Positions 25,683 through 36,582 of a stretch of 61,778 bases of DNA are shown in pieces (position 1 is the stretch's first letter; the number at the start of each line of letters is the position of its first letter). The notes under the pieces are model-generated. The model saw only the letters and a program-made list of their open reading frames with translations. It had not been told where the DNA came from and ran no database searches. The translations under genes and the position numbers were made by a program. Source of the stretch: Octopus bimaculoides (taxonomy: Eukaryota); NCBI RefSeq assembly GCF_001194135.2, contig NC_068997.1:16197418-16259195 (forward strand). The letters are read 5' to 3'.

Positions 25683-27194
25683 ATGCATGTAATCATAATC
25701 TGACTATTTGCTGTCCATTTCAGCTAAATCTAATCATCATCATCATTGTCATTTGTTTATTTTTGTGTCCACCTCACAACATCAATTTTAATGAAGTCAT
25801 CGTCACCATCACCATCATCATTATCATCATCATCATGACCAACTCCAGTTGTTATTTTAACAACAATTACAATAAAAGCATCATCCTTCTGCTTGTCTGT
25901 CTGTCTGCTCATCTTAACACAATACCGACTTCATCAGTCTGTCTGTCTGTCTGTCTGTCCACATTAAACAGCAGCATTAACATCATTAACAAACATTGTG
26001 TTCTGTGTGAGTGTGTGAGGGTATGTATATATCTTTGTGTGTGTGTGTTAGTGTGTGAGTGTGTGTCCTCCTAACACCGACAATAATAACATTAGTCTGT
26101 CTGTATGTCCCTGCTAACTTCTTGCCTCTATCTCATTAGAGGAATAAAACACAACTACAATTGTAAACTCAGAAACTGTAATGAAAATTTAGTGAAGGGG
26201 CATCGCCATGCATTGTGTTCGGCTCTTCTTTGTTTGGTTTTATTATTATTATCATTATTTGTTCTCATCATCGTCATCATAACCACCATCAATATAACTG
26301 TCATTGTCTTTGTTGTCATCATCATCGTCATCGTCATCATCACAATCATCAACAATATTTGCTTGTTTGTTTTTGATTTTTAAAGAATATTTTGAAGGAG
26401 TTGAGGATTTATTTGCATAACACTGGCTGGATAGCCAGCAGGCTGGGCAGGGCTAGTTTGATCAACGAGGTCAGCCCAACCCAGCTCAACCCAACCCAGC
26501 TTATCTCTCTGCCCCTCTTGCATTACTGCCACTGACTGGCACTAGGAGATGAACAAACATGCACAGACATAGGCACACACATACTCACACACATGCATTC
26601 TCACACATACATGCACAAATGCACGTGCATGCGCGTTCATGCGTCTACACATATTGTACTGGTTTGTGAGACGGTTGGATGAGTGGAGGGATAGACAGAT
26701 GACTGTAGTTATGGGTAATTAAAAACAAAATGAGCCATGGGAGATAACTCGAGTAGGCCAGTGGCATGGATTAAGGTGTAAAGAATTGAATGATGTAGGC
26801 AAAAACTTCTCAGTCAATTGACGTTTTTCTCAGAAGGAGAAAGAAAACAAACACCTAGCAGTGATTGTCAGCAGATTTACCCCTCCCCCTGCAGTTATTG
26901 TTTACTCTCTCTGCACACTTCTCTTAGCTCACTGCCATTTACTTTACTATATAGAAGCATGTAAAACACACATGCTCACATACTCTCATGCACCTTTACA
27001 CTGCACAAACAATAAAACTTACTGGATACATGGATGGATGACGATGGCTCATCGCTGAATAATATGTCTCAACTGGGGACATCTTCTGCACACTGGTGCA
27101 AACATATCACTGCATAAACACTATGTGAATTCTACCTTTCTTTCAGACATAGCTTCACAAATATGTCGTATTGGATTCGGTCATACTGCATGGC

Positions 27195-28026
27195 CCATTG
27201 GACAAGTAACTCGTAAAGTAGCCTGGGTTGACTAATTGCCTTCTCAGTGAATTTGGCAGATTGAAAACTGTGCTGAAGCCCATCCTGTGTGTGTGTGTGT
27301 GTTTGTGTAACTTTTTAAACCCACAGCTCTGGACACACCTATGTATATGAATAGTAGCAGACATAGCTGTCATTTAGAAGTTCATTTGGCAACCTTATGG
27401 TTTTAAATTCTGTGTTACTGCACGGCACTTTGGGCCAGTGTTTTCCACTGTAGCCCCAGGCTGACCTAAGCCTTGTGAGTAGATTTTGTAGCAAAAAAAA
27501 TACTGAAAAATGTCCATTGTGTGTGTGTGTACATTTGCATTTTACTGGAAAATTGCTAAGCTGCATGTGGTGATGTTGTCATTTCTCCTGAGAATAAATC
27601 GTTCTGTTGCTTTGGGGGCCTTCAAAGTAATGTGAAACAGGAAGTACCTTACTTGGAAAAACAGGTAAAGGTTAGAACAGGATCAAGAATGGAATCCAGT
27701 TGTAAAACAAAATCTCAAATTGTATATTTATGTAATCCATGCTGGCATGGTAAAAAAAAAAAAAAAGACTGGATGGATGTAAGAATGAACAAATGTTGTA
27801 ACTGCACATATATGTGTGTGTTTATGCATCCTAGTGTCTATCTCCCTTTATTTGGCAACTGATGTTGGTTTGTTTACGTCCTCACAACTTTAATGGATTG
27901 GCAAAAAGAAGAGCTGACAGAATAAGCAACACAAAATAAGTACTCGGGGATGATTCAATTGATTACTCCCTTTCAGGCAGTGCTCTAGCATGACTGCAGT
28001 CAAAGACTGACACAAGGTGAAAGAGT
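27195..28026 (+). mobile_element. SINE family A (head 27195-27310, tail 27835-28026) interrupted by a second SINE
   Basis: A diverged head/core ending in (TG)n, and a 3' domain ending gactgacacaaggtgaaagagt that matches the reverse complement of the 21324 tail. Confidence 0.6.
27388..27790 (+). mobile_element. SINE with a family-A head/core and an RTE-type tail
   Basis: Head/core ggcactttgggccagtg...aagccttgtgagtagatt; ends ccatgctggcatgg + A-run, like 1631-2010. Confidence 0.6.
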
Positions 28027-28371
28027 ACACATACATACATACATACATACATATGTACTAGCTGGCTGAGGGACTATCCTCAAGAGTGTTTGCTCTTTTA
28101 GCAACTTCACGTTCACCCCATCATCCTTCTTTGCTGTCCCCTCCCCCCAACTTTTTTTATGCTTCCTCTTCTTAACACGCACCCCCATTTCCCTATACTC
28201 TTTCTTTCACTTCCTTTCTTTTCTTTTTTTTATGTTTTTTTTTCTCATTTTTTTTGGTTCCAATGTTTTCTTAGTCCTCTCTGCGATTGCATCTGATTTG
28301 CTTAATTCTGATGCTAATTATAACTGCAGTGGCAGCAGTGATGTTCAGATTGATGAAGGACATGTTACTGT

Positions 28372-28580
28372 AGTTGTTGTTATTTAACCCCAACCAAGTC
28401 TGTCCTGCTTGAACAGGCTTACGATCAAACGGCTTTTCAGTTGCACCCATCATGTTCTTTTGTTCATATATCTAACACTACTTTGTCCAACTGTGTTTTT
28501 TTTAAAAAAAAAGAAATGATTGAATGAATTGGAAGATGATTTGGCTACTATTTCTAACGGGTCAAGCATCCACATAGAAG
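28372..28580 (-). mobile_element. Retroposon family C
   Basis: gttgttgttatttaaccccaacc...gatttggctactatttctaacgggtcaagc, the reverse of the above. Confidence 0.6.
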
Positions 28581-29063
28581 CTATCTCATTGGCTTAAGAG
28601 GTGGTGGGGAAATGGTAGTGATAGCCAGTGCTAAGAGTGTTTTTGTTGTTTGTGATGGTGGTAGTGGGAGTGGTGAGAATGGTGGTGGTAATAACAGTGA
28701 TGGACAGTTAGTAGTTAAGGTTAAAGTGTAGAGGTGGGGGGGGGAGATGATTACAAGAGGCTGCATGGAGTGGTGGAGGTGGTGGTGGGGGAAGGTTAAG
28801 AATAGAACAGAATAGTCCACTCTATTCCTTTCTCTCTTTTCATATTCTTCCTTCCCCCTCCCCACTCCATAAGCTTAAGCTTGATAAGACAATAGCTGTT
28901 CTCTTTTCTGACTTCAGTCGAATTTCCTCTTTTTAATGGTGTGTGCATGCATGTGCTAATGTATGTATGTGCATGTGTGTGTGTGTGTGTAAAAATGTAT
29001 GCATGTGTGTATGTATTACTCTAAGGGTCAATGTGTGTTTCTATATGTATTTTCCCAATATAA

Positions 29064-29094
<31 letters not shown>

Positions 29095-29134
29095 TATATG
29101 TTGATGTATATGAAGTTTATATTATATATTCATA

Positions 29135-29189
<55 letters not shown>

Positions 29190-30465
29190 AGCAGTATATA
29201 TATATATATATATATTGTATGAATGTATGTATCTCTCTCTCTCTCTCTCGCTCTCCCTCCTTCTCTCTTTTATCCTCTCTATGTGTGTGTGTGTGCATTG
29301 GCCTTTGTATGCATATACAGTTAATTAAGATTATTTTCTTGTTTTGTGTACTTGAGAAAGTGTATGTTTTCTGTGATATGTGTGCATAATTAAACTTATC
29401 TGACGTTTAACTACTTGAGAATTTGTGCGTGTGTGTGTGTATTTATTTGCTTCTGTTTGGACTTGTGTGTGTGTGTGCATTTCATTTTGTCTCTGCATAC
29501 ATTAAAAAAAATATATGGATTTTATTACAATAAGTTGAATCTGCCAGTTTCTTTGTACTTGTTAATGTGTCTGGGTTTTGCCTGTGCATCTGTCTGTATA
29601 TGTGTGTACATTTGAAGCACTTCTTATAACAACTTACTTGTTCACAATTATTATTGTTATGCCTGTTGTCATTGATGGTGTTATTGTGGTTGTTGCTGAA
29701 AACGGTTGCCCATGTGTGTTTAAACTATGAACTCTTTACATGTTAGTCAGAGTTAACACCTTGGCAGAGAGACCTAAATCGCACACTGTATGGAGTAGGG
29801 GGTTAACTAACACCTTATGTAGATTGATTGAGAGCACACCATATAGAACAGGGTGTGTATCCAAATTCAGTCTCTTATCATTCGTTTGTTGAATTTTAAC
29901 CAGTACTGCCTTACAGCATGAGCAATTGCCTGGGGTAGGGTTCAGAACCTCAACAGATCTAGTGGCCCAGTTCTGATTTATGTATATCAGTGAATGAATA
30001 CTATACCAGTGTAGTGGGTAGTTTGCCCTAGGGTCACATGAGTCTAAGGCCTCAATTCCGATCTAATGTATGCTGTGATTTGTTGTCAATAAATAAATCT
30101 TATATGGCCTTGTGCATTGATTTGCCTGGGGGCCTATAATTCTCTGCTAAGTCGGTCTGATTTCAAAGATGAATTTTGCCAAACATACTTACACTATAAA
30201 TAGTCTTGTGTAAACACCCAAATGCATGCGTGGCACAGTTGAAGAAAAACAGATCTTATATTCAATAGATATTGGGACTACTTTTCTTGGCTTATTCTTA
30301 CCATTTTAAAGAACAAAAATTATTTTTAATTAAGTTTATTGAAAAACCTATAATGAAAGAAACTCTTTCTTTTTCATACATCACTGTATTTCCATTTCTT
30401 TTACCCTGATATTGCTTATTTATTTCTTCTTTGTTTGTGGTTTCAACTTCTTTCTTCCTTGTTAG

Positions 30466-30508
<43 letters not shown>

Positions 30509-31113
30509 CTCCTATTTCTCCTCCTCCTCCTCCTTCCTACCCCATTTCTTTTCTCTTCTTCCTTCTCTTCTCCCCTCATCATCCTTTTGCTGTGTCTCCC
30601 TCTCCCCTTCCTCCTCCTCCTCCTCCTCCTCTTCTTCTTCTTCTTCTTCTTCTTATATTGTCTCCTACCTTCATCTAATATTTTAAAATTGCTGCCAAGT
30701 AGTTAGGAAAATCCATTAATTTTATCTGCAAATATTAAATTCATAAGTATTACAATGTGTGTGTGAGTGGGCGAGGAGGGGGTGTGTTGTGTGTGTGTGT
30801 GTGTAGGGGGAGGAGGCATGGTGGCGTCTGTTGTGTGTGTGTGTGTGCGTCTGTAGGTGTGTAAGCGAGCATATGTGAATGTGTAAAGATGTTTGTGTAG
30901 TAATCTCTAATTGTTGATATATTTTATTGCTCATGAATGCCTTGTGTATGTATGTTTGTGTTCATGTAGGAAGGTGTAATTTATTCATGCATGTACGCGT
31001 TTCCATGTATGCGTATGCACATATGCATTAATGGATTTATAATTGTGCATTTATGTACATATCTATGTATGTAGCTGATGTGTCTGTGCAGTGGATGAAT
31101 ATATCTAAGTATA

Positions 31114-31156
<43 letters not shown>

Positions 31157-33619
31157 TAGGGTTTGTCTGCGCTTTTATATAGAATTTTCTAATTGCTGAT
31201 GAGTGTGTGTTATGGTACGTCTGAATGCTGTAATATGTAATACCCTCTTTCTTTCTCTCTCTGTCTCTCTCTCTGCATGTGGATGGGTGTGTGTATGTCT
31301 GCGTAGGTGTACATGTAGGTGTGTGCGTGAGCATGTATATAACTGCATTATGATGAATGGTTTAGACTTAGAAGAATACGTGTTGTTGGCCAAACAATAA
31401 ATCTTATCTGACACATCATTTAATTGTTGCTGCAGTACTTCGTCAAGCACCATTGTTCTCCTTCATCCCTGCCATGTTTACCGTGTAGACAATTATATTG
31501 GTATGTCTCTTACGTGTCACATCTGCTCTGACGTGATACAATAGCGGTGTCACAGTTCCTCTGCAGTGTTTGCCATGTTCTTTTCATCCATAAATTTATG
31601 CATTTCATTTGCTTCCACTCCCTCTTTTTCTCCCTCTATCTCTCTCTCTTTCTAATTGTTTCTCACCTTCTCCTCACCACCCTACCCACAACACCATCAT
31701 GTCTGATCACACGTGTTCAACACATCATGCTCGCTCTATCACCAAAGCCTGGTCACATTCTCTCTGACACATCAGTCACACAGCCACTCTAGTGTATTTC
31801 TACTTGCACCACAGTTTATTCCCCCCCACCAATTATTGTATTGCATTTGTAATTAACTCAGTGTTACATGTTGTTGTACCATGGTTGAACTTGCTCAGTT
31901 ACACCTCTGCATCAAACTAGTTCTACAGTACCACATGTTATAGAAAACCATGTTGTCTTGTATACATATTTTTGGCACAGGAAATGTATCATTTACATTT
32001 TGGTCAATAAGATATCCACATCATGCTATTTCTTTTACACTGATCACACTCAGTTACAAAAACTGTATTATAACTTTGTATATCAGAACATGATAATTAA
32101 ACATGATTAAACATAGTTCTATCATTCAACTGCCATGCACTTTGTTGTGCCTTTTTCTTCTATTTTTGTTTGGTGTATCTATTAACAATATTAGTTGTTA
32201 CTGTGTGAGCAGCAGAATATTAGTAAGCTACTATTTGAAACCAGCTTGACTCAGAATTTAGCTATGTCACTTCCACTTTGTACCTGTTGTTTCTGATTCA
32301 TAAACTTCAGAGAAATGAGTTCTGTCCGAATGGACTATCTCTTGCTCGTTGCGTCTAGAAACTTAAACCAAGATGGCAGGAAAGAAGTCCAAGGTCCAAT
32401 AACCTGTTGACTGCCAACATATTTCATAACGCTTATTTCACCAAGTCAAATAGAGTTCCAGGCAATTGACCAAAAATGTCTTCAGTTTATATCATGTTAG
32501 TGGAATTTAGTTTTATATTTTTTAGTCACTTAACTCTCGGATACTCTAGTCCACCTCTCTGTAAAGAAGTACAATAGACTATGAAGTAACTAACAACTAC
32601 ACAAGCAGTATTTCATTAGTTTTCTTCGGAGCTGAGTTCATTTTCATCTCTGGCTGTGAATAAAATAGAAGTGGGATGCTAATGGCCTGATCTTTGAGTC
32701 ATCGGATCTGATCACTCACTAAAAATTCTTTTGCATATGAAATGTTAAGTAATTGGTTAAAAAAAATCCACACTGATTCGTTATAGCAGGAAATAATCAT
32801 TTAGTGACTCTCCCAGCTACTAAGTCGTTGTTTAGTACTGCTTTAGCACTAATTGAGCAAACCTATCCCATGAGGTTTTTTTTTTTTTTTTTTACATACA
32901 CAAAATTATCCAGTAGTGTCTTCTTGAAGGCAGCTGTAGTAAGATTTAGCTGCTATTTCTAGCAGGTTGAGCAACCATGTAAATGTGCTCTTGTCAGCTT
33001 CTACTGAATGTATTGTTGACTCTCCTCCTGCTGGTGCTAACAGGCTTGCTGAAGCTTTGAAATATATATTTCGCTGGTGGTGAAGGTCTCATGTTGATGT
33101 TTTTCTAATCAAATCCTCTCTGATGAAGCAAAACCTATAATCAAAATTCTCCAGCCGAAACCAGGTCTTTTGTACATCTTTTCCTTTAAGTTCAATGTAA
33201 CCAGTGCTTCCTTATCTAACATGTTATTCCATTTTCCAAGCAGTACGATATGATCTGATTTGCCACTTATTTCTAGCAGGCTGAGAAGCTCTACAGGCAC
33301 TTTGAGAAACAAGAGATATTTAACTAGCCATCAGTGAACTGCACAAGTTCTTCCCATAGCCGACAGTATTAAGATCAAATTGTCCTGTGAGCATACAGCC
33401 ACAGTAGGCTGGTATGTTAACCAGCTGGACAGATGTACCTCAATGATGTTTATTAGTATATTAGTTAAACATTAGTGCTTATTAGTATCGGCTTCAGTTT
33501 CCTGTCTTTTTCCATTGATCTTAATTCAATTATAAGATGTGCTTGAACTAGATGACCTTCACTCGATCTACAAGTTACCTTAACATATTTTGCAGACTGT
33601 ATATGCATTAAGCATCTGT

Positions 33620-33674
<55 letters not shown>

Positions 33675-33907
33675 TGTGCCACCACCGCCATCATCATTAT
33701 CATCATCATCATTGTTTTTACACCCACCTTTCCATGCTGGTATGTGTGTATGAAAGGATGCGTAATATACGCATATACAAATGTGTGTGTGTGCGTGCGC
33801 ATGCACGTGTCTATGTGTTAATACATATTCATAGTCATATGACTTCACATTTCTGTATATGCAAATATGCTGCCACACACCTATACACATGTATACATAT
33901 ATATAGG

Positions 33908-33943
<36 letters not shown>

Positions 33944-35517
33944 CACGCACACACAAACACACACACACATATATATATATAAGGATTATTAACTTTCTAC
34001 TAGATTTTATTTTGGAATGATTTTATTTTGGAATTATGCCATGATAGTATGAATTCATATACACACATGCTCACACGTATAAATGAAAATAAAAATGAAA
34101 ATCATATTCAAAAATAATAATGAAAAAAAAATAAAACACCCCCTCCAAAACAAGACGTATCCCTGTTAAGTGCGAGATAAATGCGAATATAGATAGAAGG
34201 TGATGTCAGACTTAAATTGTTAATTGAATTTTCTCTGTTGCCGTATTTCTCCAAGAGTTTCTGCTTTGCTGCTAATATGAAGAATTATCTCATCTTTCAT
34301 ATTAGCTTTGTACCTGGCACCAACTAAATGAAACTGTGTTTCTTGAAGACAAATCAATTACTTATCAGAAGCCATTTCTGTGTTGTTCTTGTTGTTGTTA
34401 TTGTTGTTGTTGTTGTTGTTGACTTCTTCTTCGTCTTCTTTTTCTTCACTTATCCACCCCATTCTCCTACTTGTGTAGTTACATCTTTATATTCTGTAGA
34501 CTTTGTATGTATTTATATGTGATTCATCTGTTTCTAGTTATGCACATGTATTTTGTGTGTACATGTGTGTGTGTGTGTGTGCTTATTGTAACTGCTGTGT
34601 CAGTACTCACACATACCTATGTGTTTGTGTGCATGCGCGCACATATGTGTGTGCATATATATTAACACATATGTATATACATACGTGCATTTGCTTACTC
34701 CTCCTACTCATAAACTTAAAGATGTGTTTATAAATATACAAATATGTGTGTGTGTGTTTCAGCATTGTAATGTCAAGTTTATGGATGTACAATATGTAAA
34801 TTCTTAAATATATATTTTGTGCTTGCTTGTATTAGGATGCTTAATTTAAATCAGTATTCTTTAGGCTTCTCTGATGCAAATCTTTGCAAATACCAAGTTA
34901 TGGGGAGTGGAATTGTGGGAATCTTACACACTGGTACATTTGTACAGAGCCAGCAGACAAATCTATGAGGAACAGCATGAACGTTCCAACGTCATCTTCT
35001 CTACTCATCATGTCTCTCTAAAGAGGGGAACACACGATGCATTTTGTTAAAAAGTTATTCTGCTAAAAATTTCAGATTTGCATAAAGCAATCATGTGCCT
35101 TTTGTGTGTTTATAGGTGTGGTTGTTTTTAGATTGTATACATTAAATAATATCAATAGTGTCTGTTATTATGTGTGAGTGTGTGTGTGTGTGTCTGTGTG
35201 TGTGAGCGCGAGAGAGAAAGAGAGAGAGTTCATGTGTATTTTCTGGTAGTGGATGTATGTTATGTATACACATGTAAATTTATGAAATATTGTGTTTGTG
35301 TGTGTGTGTGTGAATGCTTTTGTTGCTGTGTGTTACTTTCTCCCCTTGTCTTGTCTTTCACCAGATTCATGCTAAAATAAATTACAAACCAATTAGATTA
35401 GTTTCAAATCCATTTTATATTTCAAAGCTTAATTTGTTTTGTGAATCTTTTCTTCTGTGTGTCCTCAAAGTGTTTCACATTTCATACGCACTTGACACAC
35501 TTACACTCACACTTTGC

Positions 35518-35522
35518 ACACA

Positions 35523-35568
<46 letters not shown>

Positions 35569-35575
35569 CACATAC
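35518..35575. repeat. (CA)n microsatellite
   Basis: Direct; one of dozens of CA/TG tracts. Confidence 0.95.
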
Positions 35576-36489
35576 CCACACAGACACAAACGCTTTTTCT
35601 CTTCTCTCCATCTGCCTGTCTTTCTCTTTCATATACACACACACATTCATTTCACCTTTTGCCCACATCACATCAATTCTCATCTCCTCATATGTGCCTC
35701 TGTGTACATCTGTTTGTGTGTGGAAGTTTTTTTTCTCTTTGAATGCTATGAAGAATATTTTAATGAAGCTTGGTGTTGTTCATTTAGTAAAGAACTGGAA
35801 ACTTGTGTGTTTTATTATCTTCTGATGTCTGTCAATTGGTTTGCAGTCTTGTGGTTAGTTTTCTTGTGGTTTTGTTGTGGCTCATTGTTTTATTATGTTT
35901 TTGTTTTGGAAGGTTTAGCAGAGGTTAACTGAATGTCTTTAGTTCCAAAGCTCAGTGCAGCTAGTTCAGAAATTAAGTAACTTATGCATGCACGTTCACA
36001 AACACACAGACATGTACGCACGCACACACACACACACATCTTGTGTGTGTAAAATATTTATTACCAATGGTGACTGACTTCGGAGTTTTAAATATTTGAT
36101 TCCTTTTGAGAAGCCTGTGTCAGCAAATATTCAAAGGAAGCAGTTTCCATTGATAATTATTCTTATGACTCTACAATCAGTATTGAGTACTTTATACAGA
36201 GTATGTTTTAGTACTCTTATTAAGTACATAGCTATAAAACAATTATATATTTATATGTTTTATATGTAGATACACACCACACATATCTGTCTGTGTATCT
36301 ATATACACACTTGTACTTTATCTAATGATATCAACTTGTTTATTTAAATGTATTCATAAGCATTGTTATCATATGTTTATGAATTTACTTCCTTATAATT
36401 TCCAGCAACTATTATTATTGTTTTTAATACATATTGCTTTTTAATATATGTTAAATGAAAGAAAACTCTATCGTAATTTTTGCTTATAA

Positions 36490-36509
36490 TTTCTTTTTCT
36501 CTTTTGCAG
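36490..36509 (+). other. 3' splice acceptor opening the ZFHX exon (exon starts 36510; 54 nt of 5'UTR in this exon)
   Basis: Polypyrimidine tract tttctttttctcttttg followed by CAG (AG at 36508-36509), at an abrupt switch from AT-rich intron to coding-like composition. Confidence 0.85.
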
Positions 36510-36517
36510 TTGGAAAA

Positions 36518-36582
36518 ATGCATGGCTCATAGCAATGGGACCAGTGAGTTACGAGGCTGAAGGATGGACATTCCAGGCCTGA
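36518..36582 (+). promoter_or_regulatory. Three upstream ORFs in the 5'UTR: 36518-36532 (MHGS*), 36522-36560 (MAHSNGTSELRG*, in frame with the CDS), 36535-36582 (MGPVSYEAEGWTFQA*, overlapping the CDS out of frame)
   Basis: Read directly from the sequence downstream of the acceptor; translation of these uORFs is unproven. Confidence 0.6.

Noticed and set aside
32341-32402. ctcttgctcgttgcg...ccaagATGGCAGGAAAGAAGTCCAAGGTCCAATAA (MAGKKSKVQ*), resembling a housekeeping-gene start
   Set aside because: Only 9 codons and no downstream similarity or splice donor; cannot support a gene or pseudogene.
33020-33085. GANRLAEALK translation reminiscent of an NLR-type leucine-rich repeat
   Set aside because: One short match followed by a stop, between repeat fragments; chance level.
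34271-34306. 11-bp hairpin GCTAATATGAA...TTCATATTAGC
   Set aside because: About one such AT-rich stem is expected by chance in a window this size.
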